Shown one piece after another: positions 1-10,600 of a stretch of 44,688 nt of DNA; within the stretch, counting starts at the first letter, position 1, and each line of letters starts with the position of its first letter. The notes below the pieces were generated by a model. It ran no database searches, was not told where the DNA came from, and saw only the letters and a program-made list of their open reading frames with translations. Source of the stretch: an uncultured Prevotella sp. (GTDB taxonomy: Bacteria > Bacteroidota > Bacteroidia > Bacteroidales > Bacteroidaceae); contig CAZIKA010000001.1 in the NCBI GenBank assembly GCA_964539705.1, positions 1 to 44,688 of the forward strand. The letters run 5' to 3'. The position numbers and the translations under genes are program-made.

Positions 1-33
1 TTTTCTGACATATCATAACTTTTTATGGAAAAA

Positions 34-65
34 TTTGCTCAATCCGCGAAAAAGCACTACCTTTG
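34..65 (+). promoter_or_regulatory. Bacteroidota housekeeping promoter for tRNA-Pro
   Basis: TTTG at 34-37 and TACCTTTG (TAnnTTTG) at 58-65, 20-nt spacer. Confidence 0.8.
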
Positions 66-119
66 CACCTGCTTTTCAGGGAAGAAGCCGGCTTTTACAA
101 GCTTTTTTCAAAAAGCAAT

Positions 120-192
120 CGGGATGTAGCGCAGTTGGTAGCGCACTACGTTCGGGACGTAGGGGTCGGGCGTTCGAGTCGCCTCATCCCGA
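120..192 (+). tRNA. tRNA-Pro (CGG)
   Basis: Cloverleaf: acceptor CGGGATG/CATCCCG, D arm GCGC/GCGC, anticodon arm CTACG-TTCGGGA-CGTAG, T loop TTCGAGT; CCA not encoded. Confidence 0.97.
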
Positions 193-193
193 C

Positions 194-238
194 AGAAAAA
201 GGAATATTCTCACATAGAGGACATTCCTTTTCTTTTTT
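194..238. terminator. Probable bidirectional intrinsic terminator between tRNA-Pro and the convergent HhH gene
   Basis: Imperfect hairpin AAAAGGAATATTCTC-acata-GAGGACATTCCTTTT with A- and T-rich flanks. Confidence 0.7.
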
Positions 239-1126
239 CTAGAAGCAGACGTAAGGAGTCAATCGGTTGATGACTTCATCGGAGAAGTCAGGCAATAGGC
301 GCAAATCATCCAAAGAATGAAGGGGACCATGAAGCCTTCGATAGTCAACAATAGCCTTCGCCTGATAATAGTTGATATATGGATGGTGCTTCAATTCATT
401 CAACGACAATCGGTTGACATTCATTTTGTGCACCTGCGATGTACTCACAACAAAATACTTCTTGGCCTCCTGAGGGAAGTTATCTATTTCATCTAGCTGA
501 TTTACACTAACGAAACCGCCTAGCCGTTGACTATAATCAGCTATTCTGCGTGCATAATAGCTGCCAATGCCAGGCACCTTTTTATATATAGCGGTATCGC
601 TGACATTCAAGTTGACAGTCTCGTTTTCTGCAATTTTTATAGGATAACGGAGTGTGTCACGCTGATATGCTGGCACATCTTCCTTTACGAGGGTGGATGC
701 TGGCAGGTAGTCGGAAGAGATTTGGATATAAGGTTCCAATTCGCGATATTGTTTCACCGTAAGTCCATACAGCCGTGCAAAATCTTCCTTCTTTCGATAG
801 ATACCACCCGCCGCCCTATACTTATAGATATTACGTACCTGCCAGGCCTGCAAACCTAATCGAAACAACTGGGTGCTGTCAGCCGTATTGGGATCGAAGA
901 CAAAACGCTCAGCTTGCACTGGCTGCTGATAATAACTAGAGGTTCTAGAAGAACTAGAATCTCTAGAAAAGCTAGTGGAACTAGTAATACTAGTTATACT
1001 AGACTCCTTAGAGAATTCATCACCCGAAAGCCACATCATCAAAAGACACCCAGCTGCTACAGAGAGTAGCACCAATAGAATTCTGCGATCATGACGATTC
1101 AGATAAAAGAGGTCACCAAGTTTCAT
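239..1126 (-). CDS. Helix-hairpin-helix DNA-binding membrane protein (ComEA-like)
   Basis: N-terminal TM helix, then FDPNTAD, VPGIGSYYARRI and NVNRLSLNEL..HPYI HhH-type repeats. Confidence 0.8.
   Translation of the reverse strand: MKLGDLFYLNRHDRRILLVLLSVAAGCLLMMWLSGDEFSKESSITSITSSTSFSRDSSSSRTSSYYQQPVQAERFVFDPNTADSTQLFRLGLQAWQVRNIYKYRAAGGIYRKKEDFARLYGLTVKQYRELEPYIQISSDYLPASTLVKEDVPAYQRDTLRYPIKIAENETVNLNVSDTAIYKKVPGIGSYYARRIADYSQRLGGFVSVNQLDEIDNFPQEAKKYFVVSTSQVHKMNVNRLSLNELKHHPYINYYQAKAIVDYRRLHGPLHSLDDLRLLPDFSDEVINRLTPYVCF
936..1011. repeat. In-frame 9-bp-period tandem repeat (CTAG-N5 x8) inside the HhH gene
   Basis: CTAG at 936, 945, 954, 963, 972, 981, 990 and 999; degenerate TTAG at 1008. 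Confidence 0.9.
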
Positions 1127-1127
1127 A

Positions 1128-2525
1128 TCAGATTACGCCAAACTGATGGAGGAAGATAAGCAGGATACAGATAGGGCACACATAGCGCACGGCAAACAGA
1201 TATACGCCGAAGAAACGTCCACGCAAGGTGCCACCATTAGTTAACTCGTCCTTGATAATATGCTTAGGCACATACCACCCCATAAACAGACAGGTGAGCA
1301 AACCACCCGTTGGCAAGAATATCTGACCTGTGAGGAAGTCGAACCAGTTGAACATCGACTGTCCGCTAAAGACTAGCCACTCACGACTATCTCCGTAAGA
1401 AAGGGAACAGAAAACACCTATCAATGCACAAAGAGCGGTAACAAGTGTAGCCCCCCATTTCCTTGATATTTTCAATTCCTCGTGGAAGAAGGCCGTGCTG
1501 ACCTCATGGAGTGACATAAGTGACGTGAGGGCTGCCAGCGACAAGAGAGAATAAAATAGAAGTGCTACAATCTCGCCAACCAACGGTACCGCAGAAAATG
1601 CCTGTTGGAATACGTTGGGCAGGGTGATAAATACCAATCCTGGACCTGAATACTGCCCTGCCAGTTCCGGATTAGCCAGTTTATCAGCTGCATCTGGATA
1701 GCTGGCGAAGAAAGCGGGGAAAATCATCAGCCCCGCAAGAATGGCTATCAGCGTGTCAATACTTACAATCTGGGCAGCTGATTTCGTAAGGTGCGTGTCA
1801 CGCTTAAAATAACTGGCATAAGTACACAGGCAACCCATGCCAAGACTTAAAGAATAAAAAGCCTGACCCAGTGCCCCTAGGAAGGTCTTACTATCTACGC
1901 CTGAGAAATCAGGATTGAAGAGGAACGAGATACCTCGCCCTGCGCCTGGCAACATACACGATGCCACAGCAATGATTACCAATAAGATAAACAGCAGCGG
2001 CATCATCAGTTTCGAACCGCGCTCAATTCCTTTCTCTACACCCTTCGAGATGATGAAATGGCACATCATCATAAATATCAACATCCATACAATAGGTTTC
2101 CACGGATGCGAGGCAAACGTATCGAAATAGGTCTTTACATAAGTGGCATCACCATTAAGATGACCAGCAACAGAGGCATAGATATACTGTAGACACCAGC
2201 CCGACACCACCACATAATAGCCCGTAATCAAGAATCCCGTGAAGACACCAAATAAACCTATCAGTCGCCATGGCGTACCATTAGCCAACTTCGCATAAGC
2301 CCGCGCCGTATTGGCCTGAGCCCTACGTCCAATGATAAATTCATTAAGCATACAAGGCACGCCCAATATCACCACACACGCTATATATATCAATAAAAAG
2401 GCTGCACCACCGTTCTGACCCGTCATATAGGGAAATCGCCATACATTACCAAGTCCCACAGCCGAGCCTGCCGTTGCCAGTATAATACCCAGTTTTGTTC
2501 CGAAATTTGCTCTCTCTGTACTCAT
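1128..2525 (-). CDS. Sodium-dependent transporter, SNF/NSS family
   Basis: AGSAVGLGNVWRFPY...NGGAAFL signature, GQAFYSLSLG, GPGLVF, many TM segments; ATG at 2525 preferred over TTG at 2531. Confidence 0.92.
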   Translation of the reverse strand: MSTERANFGTKLGIILATAGSAVGLGNVWRFPYMTGQNGGAAFLLIYIACVVILGVPCMLNEFIIGRRAQANTARAYAKLANGTPWRLIGLFGVFTGFLITGYYVVVSGWCLQYIYASVAGHLNGDATYVKTYFDTFASHPWKPIVWMLIFMMMCHFIISKGVEKGIERGSKLMMPLLFILLVIIAVASCMLPGAGRGISFLFNPDFSGVDSKTFLGALGQAFYSLSLGMGCLCTYASYFKRDTHLTKSAAQIVSIDTLIAILAGLMIFPAFFASYPDAADKLANPELAGQYSGPGLVFITLPNVFQQAFSAVPLVGEIVALLFYSLLSLAALTSLMSLHEVSTAFFHEELKISRKWGATLVTALCALIGVFCSLSYGDSREWLVFSGQSMFNWFDFLTGQIFLPTGGLLTCLFMGWYVPKHIIKDELTNGGTLRGRFFGVYLFAVRYVCPICILLIFLHQFGVI

Positions 2526-2554
2526 TTTCAAATCTCAAATCACATTTTCGCGTG

Positions 2555-2614
2555 CAAAATTAAAAAATAATTACGAATTGTGAATTATGAATTATGAATT
2601 ATTTCGTACTTTTG
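2555..2614. promoter_or_regulatory. Back-to-back promoters for the SNF transporter (-) and vanZ (+)
   Basis: TAATTTTG on the minus strand at 2555-2562; TACTTTTG on the plus strand at 2607-2614. Confidence 0.65.
2567..2601. repeat. Heptamer tandem repeat (TGAATTA-type, 5 units)
   Basis: ataatta-cgaattg-tgaatta-tgaatta-tgaatta. Confidence 0.8.
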
Positions 2615-2642
2615 CATCCTAATTGAAAGTAAAAATAGTAAA

Positions 2643-3041
2643 ATGACGCAATTTCTTAAGAAATATCCCCTTTCGCTACTCAGCATAGCATTGGTTTGGT
2701 ATCTCTCCGTTTGGTTCTTGCCACCCGATTACATAGAGTTGCCTAGCATCAACTTCCTTGACAAATGGACACATTTCCTGATGTATGGCGGTATGTGCAC
2801 AGTCATCTGGATTGAATATCTGCGTCATCATCAGACACTCAACAAGTTCAAGCTCTTTCTTTGGGCATGGCTCGCCCCTACCCTAATGGGCGGTGTCATT
2901 GAGATTGTACAGGAAAACTACACCACCGCTCGTTCTGGCGAATGGCTCGACTTCGCTGCCGATGCCGTTGGTGTCACCTTAGCCGTTGGTATTGGTCTGT
3001 TTTTAAAAAAATACGTCCCTTTTCACATTTCCGAGAGATAA
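2643..3041 (+). CDS. VanZ family membrane protein
   Basis: DKWTHFLMY, GGVIEIVQ and RSGEWLDFAADAVG motifs; four hydrophobic segments. Confidence 0.85.
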   Translation: MTQFLKKYPLSLLSIALVWYLSVWFLPPDYIELPSINFLDKWTHFLMYGGMCTVIWIEYLRHHQTLNKFKLFLWAWLAPTLMGGVIEIVQENYTTARSGEWLDFAADAVGVTLAVGIGLFLKKYVPFHISER

Positions 3042-3067
3042 TCATTGGAATAATTCAGGGAAATTAG

Positions 3068-3075
3068 TAACTTTG
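3068..3075 (+). promoter_or_regulatory. -7 promoter element for the AraC-type regulator
   Basis: TAACTTTG 22 nt upstream of ATG 3098. Confidence 0.6.
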
Positions 3076-3097
3076 CACCCTGAAAACATTAATCATC

Positions 3098-4192
3098 ATG
3101 AACGAATATTATTATTACGGAGTGGCAGCCATGTTGTATATCACGACATGCTGGACATTTGCACTCATACGATGGTTCCATACCTGCCAGGAGCCTAAGG
3201 AGCACCGCTCTTATATTTGGCCCGACCGCAAGTTGCAGTGTCTGGTCTATTCTATGGCCACCCTGCTTTTACCTTATATCATAGACCCCACCAACGAGGC
3301 AGCATGGACACTGATGAAAAGCTACTACCCCGCCACCTATTATTTCTATACAGGCCTGCTGATGCTTTGCTACGCTGGCAGTGTGAAGCAATGGAGCCGT
3401 TGGAAACCTGTCAGCTGGGTGGCTGCCTGCATCGTTATTGCCACGATGCTCATACCTGTGCTCAACGCTTGGCTACCCTTCGAGTTCATGAACGAAAGAG
3501 GAAGACAGTTTTGGCATTATGTCATCACCACAGAGAGTCTGTTGATGTTGGTATTCTGCTGTCTGGCCATGTGGCAAGTTTGGAGCTGGATTCGTGAGTC
3601 GCGTGATGCCAACTATTCGAACCCAGACGATTTCCCTGTGAAGTACGCCAGCATCGTCTTAATCTACCCGTTCATCCTTACCCCGCTGCTATGGCCTGCC
3701 TATATCCTCGACTCACGTCAGGTAATGGCAGTTCTTCACATATTGCTGGCCATCTTCAACATCGTGCTGCTCATCACCGTTATGCCCGCTTGGCGTCGTA
3801 AAAACATGCTACCCTCTACTGCGGACGACGACAACGATGCCGATGATGCTCACCAGGATGATGGTACCGAAGAGCAAATAGAACAAACGGTACTTGAGAT
3901 TAAAGCCTACGTGGAAGGACAACGCGCCTATCTGGAACCTCACCTGAAGATTGACGATGTGGTAGAGCATTGCAAGCACGGTCGCACCTACGTCTCACAG
4001 GCCTTCAAGCGCCGCCTCGGATCTTTCTCCGGCTATATTAATGGGCTGCGTATGGCTCATTACGAACAGCGTATCACCAACTACCCTGGTGAGACTAAGG
4101 AGGCAGCAGCCCTTGCTTCCGGCTTTTCTTCCTATATGAGTTACTATCGTACCAAGCAAAAATTGGAACGCGAAGGGTATACAACGACGTAA
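3098..4192 (+). CDS. Membrane-anchored one-component AraC-type transcriptional regulator
   Basis: About 7 N-terminal hydrophobic segments, an acidic linker, then an AraC-like double HTH (YLEPHLKIDDVV..GRTYVSQAF..FSGYINGLR..AALASGFSSYMSYYR). Confidence 0.8.
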   Translation: MNEYYYYGVAAMLYITTCWTFALIRWFHTCQEPKEHRSYIWPDRKLQCLVYSMATLLLPYIIDPTNEAAWTLMKSYYPATYYFYTGLLMLCYAGSVKQWSRWKPVSWVAACIVIATMLIPVLNAWLPFEFMNERGRQFWHYVITTESLLMLVFCCLAMWQVWSWIRESRDANYSNPDDFPVKYASIVLIYPFILTPLLWPAYILDSRQVMAVLHILLAIFNIVLLITVMPAWRRKNMLPSTADDDNDADDAHQDDGTEEQIEQTVLEIKAYVEGQRAYLEPHLKIDDVVEHCKHGRTYVSQAFKRRLGSFSGYINGLRMAHYEQRITNYPGETKEAAALASGFSSYMSYYRTKQKLEREGYTTT

Positions 4193-4223
4193 GACGTAAA
4201 AAAGAAGACATTTTGAAAAATGT

Positions 4224-4256
4224 AATGCCGATTTCTCGATGGAATCGGCATTTTTT
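4224..4256 (+). terminator. Intrinsic terminator after the regulator
   Basis: AATGCCGATTT-ctcgatg-GAATCGGCATT followed by a T run. Confidence 0.8.
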
Positions 4257-4286
4257 GATAATTTCTTACATTTTTTTATTACACGT

Positions 4287-4370
4287 TTTTGTACAATTTG
4301 TTATGTTCTTACACAAAAGTGTAATGAACTTACACCCAAAATGTAATGAGTTTGTACAATTTGTTATGTC
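4287..4370 (+). promoter_or_regulatory. Operator-like array of four ~21-bp direct repeats
   Basis: Identical 19-mer TTTGTACAATTTGTTATGT at 4288-4306 and 4351-4369, enclosing CTTACACAAAAGTGTAATGAA and CTTACACCCAAAATGTAATGAG; regulatory role inferred. Confidence 0.6.
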
Positions 4371-4389
4371 CTTTTTCATAGAATAGTAG

Positions 4390-4397
4390 TAATTTCG
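4390..4397 (+). promoter_or_regulatory. Variant -7 promoter element for the surface-protein operon
   Basis: TAATTTCG (one mismatch to TAnnTTTG) just downstream of the repeat array. Confidence 0.5.
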
Positions 4398-4448
4398 CGC
4401 CTTGAAAATAAAAGGCAACATAAACCTTAACCATTATTCTTTACAAGG

Positions 4449-4571
4449 ATGACAGAAAAAATCAAAGAATTATTATTCGACCCCTTGGTGCTAATTCTCC
4501 TAGGACTCCTCGTCATTGGCATCTACTTTTTCCTCCGTGCTTGTTGGCGCAACATTATGAACAGAGAATAG
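4449..4571 (+). CDS. 40-aa single-pass membrane microprotein (not in ORF track)
   Basis: ATG..TAG reads MTEKIKELLFDPLVLILLGLLVIGIYFFLRACWRNIMNRE; 17-residue uncharged hydrophobic core; A at -3. Confidence 0.55.
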   Translation: MTEKIKELLFDPLVLILLGLLVIGIYFFLRACWRNIMNRE

Positions 4572-4618
4572 ACTATATAAGGATAACATATACATTATTA
4601 TATAATAACAAAATCAAA

Positions 4619-7600
4619 ATGCAAAAGAAACGACACTTATTTCTGGCAAGGGCAACGATGACGCTGCTCCTTGCCTTGTTCACGTCTATAGGGGCGTGGG
4701 CAACAATTACGGGAAACGGCACGCAGGCCAGCCCGTACACTATTAACAGCGCTGACGACTGGAACACATTTGCCGGTTGGATAAACAACAGCAACAGTAC
4801 TTATGCCAGCAAGTGCTACAAGTTGACGACCGACATCACCGTCTCTACGATGGCGGGTACATCAGCGAATCCCTTCAAGGGCGCGTTTGATGGTCACGGC
4901 TACACGATTACCCTCAACGATCTGTCGATTGACGGTGAGGAATATTGTGCTCCGTTCCGTTATGTCGATGGTGCCAACATCAGCTTCGTTCGCACGGCGG
5001 GTACAGTTATTGCTACCGACAAGAAATATCGCTCAGGACTGATTGGCAATAGCAATGGCAATACCACCATCAACGCCTGTTGGAGCAGTGTCACTATCAA
5101 TTCCACCATTGACGGCGACGGCACACATGGCGGTTTTGTGGGAACCGTCACGAACGGCACGCTCGCCATCAAAAACTGTCTCTTCGACGGCACATTCAAT
5201 GGCAACAACAAGACCAGCAGCTGGGGCGGTTTCGTTGGTTGGAGCCAAGGCACGACCAATATCAGCAACAGCGTATTCCATCCCGCAGGAGTCAATAAAA
5301 TTAAAAATCAGACGTCTAATGGCAATGCTACCTTCGGCCGTAATAATGTAAACGCCACCAATAGCTACTATTATACCCAGATGGGTACAGTACAGGGCAC
5401 CGCTGTAGGCTCCACGTCGGCCTCAGATCTTCGGAAGAAACTGGGCTGTTACTGGGAAACTGGCTATAATGTGATGCCCATCATGGGACGACACGGAATA
5501 TACACTGAGTACAGCGTCGGCAGCGTATATGCATCCGATCTGCCTAATACTAACTGGTCTTGGAATAATTATCATGCAGATTATTTTTATAAAGTTTCAA
5601 ACCTTGTAGATGGTGATAAAGGTAGCACCTGGCGCTATGTCACGACCTCAAACAAATGGAGCAATCCCACCGTTGATTTCGAGTATCCCAATGAACTCAT
5701 TGTCAAGGGCTATACGGTATGGACGGGCGATGAAGCACATTTATATCCAAACAGTAATCCCAAAGGCTGGAAACTCTATGGTAAGAAAAACAAGGATGAC
5801 GCTTCCTGGACGCTGATTGACGAACAGACCAATGCAGGCCTAAGCGGAACATCATGGCCCAAAGGTTTCAGCGCGTCCTCAAATAATACCTCATACAAAT
5901 ACTATCGCTTTGAGGTTACGAGTATGGTCGGTCTTGTGGACGGTGTTTACAAGTGTCAGTTAGGTGATCTGAAGCTATACGGCATTCCTGAATATGGCAA
6001 CACGGAATTATCGTGGGCCACTATCACGATGAGAGATAGCTACGACTGGACGGGCAACACGTTAACGGTGACGCCTACTGTCACGTCGTTGAACGGCAAC
6101 ACACTGACCAACGGCACAGATTACACCTATACTATTTCTCCCTCGACCGTCAAGGATCTGGGCGACTATACGCTGAACGTCACCGGTAAGGGCAACTATT
6201 CGGGCGTTAATAGCGCTAACTTCAAAGTGGTGAAGAATATCTCGGGCGCTGGCTCTTCGTCCAACCCTTACCTGATTAACACGGTTGCAGACTGGAACGC
6301 CTTTGCCACTCTCGTCAACAATGGCACCAGCTACAAAGGCCTGTATGTGAAGCTCAATGCAAACATTACAGTCTCTGAGATGGTAGGCACCAGCGAGGCC
6401 AACAGCTTCCAGGGCACCTTCCTTGGCGCCTCCGGCAAGACCCTGACGCTCAACCTGACTGCTACCGGCGACAATTGTGCGCCGTTCCAATATCTGAAAG
6501 ACGCCACCATCAAGGATCTCAATGTCGCCGGCACCGTCAGCACCGGCTACAAGTATGGCGCCAGCATCGCTGCCCATACCTACGGAGAGACCAACATCCA
6601 GAATTGTGTCAGCACGGCGGAGATCACCAGTACATACTCTTCTGTGAAAGACGGCACCCACGGCGGCTTCGTTGCCGTGAACGAGAGCGGCAAGCTCACC
6701 TTCACCAACTGCGTCTTTGCCGGCAAGTTGCTTGGCGGAAATGCGAAATGCAATGGTGGTTTTGTGGGATGGGCTGTCAGCAGTATTGTTTACAACAACT
6801 GTTTGTTTGCGCCTGCTGATATCCAGATGGCATACAACGACAGCTACACCTTCAACCGTAATGGCAATGCCACTTTCAATGGCGCTTTCTATACCCGCAC
6901 CTTTAATGGCGCGCAAGGCACACAGGTCTATACTGACTTCAGCAATACCATTGCCAAGCGTGAATACACCTACAACAATACTGTTTATTACTCGAAAGCA
7001 ACGGTCACCATCGGCAATGTCAATGCGAACTATGCCTACACCGGCAGCAACATCACCGTCACTCCCACCGTCAGCTATGGCGATGTCACTCTGACGAATA
7101 ATAAAGACTATACGTACAGTATCTCACCCTCACCCGTCAAGGCGACGGGCACTTACACCATCACCTTTACGGGTAAAGGCAATTATGCAGGCAGCATGAC
7201 CAAGACGTTCCTGGTGAACCAGGAATTGACTGGTGCCGGCACCTCGGCCAGTCCTTATCTGATTAAATCTGCTTCCGACTGGAATACGTTTGCAGCCAAT
7301 GTAGAAAGTGGCGTCACCTATGCTGGTAAGTATGTGAAGCTGAACAACAATATCACCGTCAGCACGATGGTGGGTAAGGAGAGCGCTCCGTTCATGGGTA
7401 CTTTCGATGGTGGCGGCAAAACGCTGAACGTCAACATCGTCAGCACCACTACAGGCAGCACGAGAGACGAACAGGGCGTGGCACCATTCCACTTTATCTG
7501 CGATGCAGTCATCAAAGATCTCACCGTTACAGGTAGCATCACCTCAGCCAATAAGTTTGCAAGTGGTCTGGTAGGTTATACGAGCAACACAAGCAAAAAA

Positions 7601-10600
7601 ACGACAGAGATTACCAATTGTGTCGTTAAGCCAACCATCACTGTCCAAAATAACTACATCGGCGGTATTATTGGTTATATGTTCTATGAGTATAGCGGCT
7701 CTTACCGCGACTGCAAATTATACCTGACCAACTGCGTCTTTGCCGGTACCATCCAAAGCGCCAACGACGAGAAGCGCAGTTCCATCGGCGGTATTCTAGC
7801 TTATCATTGGAGTGGAAATCTCTATATCAACAACTGTCTGGAGAACGGTACCTATAAAAACATCAAACAGATGAGTCCATTATGTGGAAGTTCCTCTAGC
7901 ATCCCCGCTGACATTACCGGACTCTATTATCTCAACACCATTGGTGAACAAAACCAAAATGTTACCGACGAGAAGGGTTGTCACCGTGTGGTGAAGACCG
8001 TCCCCACCACCGATATCTATTCTACACGCACCATCAAGGGTTACACCGTCTATCAGCCTGCCACCCTCACGGGCATGGATAACACCTATGCCCACACTGG
8101 CAATACCATCAGTCTCAGCTATGCACTGAAGATGGGAGCCACCGATATGGTGGAGAACACCGATTACGTGGTAACCATTAAAGACAGTAAAAACAAGGCT
8201 GTGGAACCTGCCAACCTGAAGGATAATGGCAACTACACCATCCACTTCACAGCCAAGAGCGGCAATGCTGCCGGCTATCAGGGTGAGACGGTGTACAGTT
8301 TCCGCATCAGCCAAGCTGAGACACTGGGCAGCTATACCTTTGCCACAGAGGGCGACGGCGACTCAAAAGTGTATCTCATCAACGACGAGGACGACCTCGA
8401 GGCACTGGCAGCTTACGTCAATGCCGACAAGAAGAACACCTGCGAAGGCTTGACCTTCAAACTGAACAACGACATCACGATGAAAGCCGAGCACACCGCA
8501 ATCGGAAGATATGACTATAACACCAATTATTTGTTTAAGGGCACCTTCGATGGTAACAACAAGACCATTACCGGCCTGACCATCAACAAGACTTCAGGAT
8601 CCGACGCAGATAGCTATCAGGGCTTGTTCGGCTATGTTGTCAATGCCGTTATCAAGGACGTTACATTGGTCGACTGCGACATCACTGGCTATAGATATGT
8701 CGGTGGTATCGTAGGTGCTATCTATGGCTCAAACGACGCTCATGCTGTCATCCAGAACTGTCACGTCAGCGGCACCATAGCCTCTGTTATTGCCAATGCC
8801 TACAATCATGGTGGTATTGCGGGATATTGCAAAAATGTAGATGTCACGGGCTGTACCGTTACAGGTAACGTCACTAACAAGGAGTCAAGCTCTTATTATG
8901 GCGGAATCGTAGGTGAAGCATACACGACTACTACTATCACATCGTGTGAGAACAGCGCCAATGTCACAGGCGGAGGCAGCTACCATGGAGGTATTGCCGG
9001 CTATTGTTGGGAATCTAAGCTCAGTCAATGTCTGACCACTGGTACGATAAATCAGACAGGAGACAATGCCCTCATTGGTAATGATTACAATGGCCAATAT
9101 ACCAACTGCTACTACACTTCTGGAACATCAAGAAAAGGCGAGTTTGTAAGCGCCATCACGGGCCAGCAGATGACAAGCATTATCGTCAGCGAGGCAGCCA
9201 CCGTCACCAGCGTCATCGACGGCTCGAAGTACTATAAGGCCGGCGACTGGACCGTGACGCTGACCCCCGACCAGACGAACAGCACCTTTATTAAATATGC
9301 GTGCGAAGGCGGCGCGCTGACCAATCTCACTACCATCGATGGCGAGCACACGCTGACCATTGGCAAAGCGCCTGTCACTATCATCGCTGTCGTGAGCAGC
9401 AACAGCGGCGTTCCTATGAGCAATGTCGCCATCTCCGACATTCCCGACCAGCGCTGGAGAGGCAAAGGTGCCTTGACGCCCGAGTTCACCGTCACTTACA
9501 ACAACACGGAGCTCGTGGAGAACACCGACTACCTGAAGGAGTATTCCGACAATGTAGAGGTCGGAACGGCGTCTATCACGCTGACCGGTATCGGCAACTA
9601 TCGCGGCACGACCGTCAAGACCTTCAATATCGTGGACTTCGCGCTGCAGACTCCTGGCAAGGATAACAGCGCCGAGAACCCCTATCTGGTTAAATCCGAG
9701 GAAGACCTTCAGGTGCTGGCTGACATTGTGAACCGTGGCGTTCGCAAGGGCGGCTTCTACCAGCAGACAGAGCCCATCACCCTCAAGGCGGAACACACGG
9801 CCATCGGTAACTCTAGCAACAAATTTGAAGGTTCCTACGACGGACAGAATCTGGCCATCAGCAGCTTGGTTATCAATAAGCCGAATGATAGCTACCAAGG
9901 TTTGTTTGGTTATATTGGCTCTGAGAGCTCTGTAATCCAGAATGTCAACATCGTGAACTGTGATATTACTGGTGGCAGTTCTACGGGTGGCGTTGTAGGT
10001 TATGCTCAATATGCTCAAGCATCTATCCTGCATTGTCAGGTGAGCGGTTCGGTCAAGTGCACCTCAAGAAATAATAACATTGGAGGTGTAGCAGGTTATT
10101 CTAAAGGCACTGTTGACGATTGCGTCAGCACCGCCAGCGTCAGCGGCGAGGGTAACTACCACGGCGGTATTGTAGGCGACAATTATGGCACCGTGCAGAA
10201 CTGTTTCTGTGCAGGCTCAGTGGAAGGTTCCAAGAGTGTCGGTTCCATTGTCGGTGACAAGAACTCCTCAACACTCATCAACAACTTCCACCTCTCTACG
10301 ACAACAGGCGGTGTAGGTGCTTACGGTTCCACAACAGGTACTGACCAAGAGGGCGCAGAGGTGGTCGTGAAGATCACGACGAACAACGACCTCATCACCC
10401 TCACCTTGCCTGCGAAGGCCGACTACGAATGGAAGGGCGACAAGCTCTACAAGAACGGCACGGTGGTGACGCTCGCTTACGCCTTGCCTGATCAAATGAT
10501 TTTCGATACCTACTCCGTCAGCAGCGGCGCAATCAGCGATCCCTTGACGATGAATGGTAATCACACACTGAGCGGCTTTGCCGAGGATGTGGTGATCAAT

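Noticed and set aside
120-192. tRNA-Pro as an integration site for the accessory cassette
   Set aside because: No duplicated tRNA 3' end and no integrase seen; housekeeping-type genes lie between the tRNA and the cassette.
35-217. 60-aa ORF in the track
   Set aside because: Overlaps the tRNA-Pro and its promoter; spurious.
4287-4370. Mini-CRISPR or invertible promoter
   Set aside because: Only two identical 19-mers, and the intervening units are themselves related repeats; no cas genes, no long inverted repeats flanking the promoter, no recombinase.
4541-4618. TTG-initiated N-terminal extension of the giant protein
   Set aside because: Overlaps the 40-aa ORF and an AT-rich leader; the signal peptide begins at ATG 4619.
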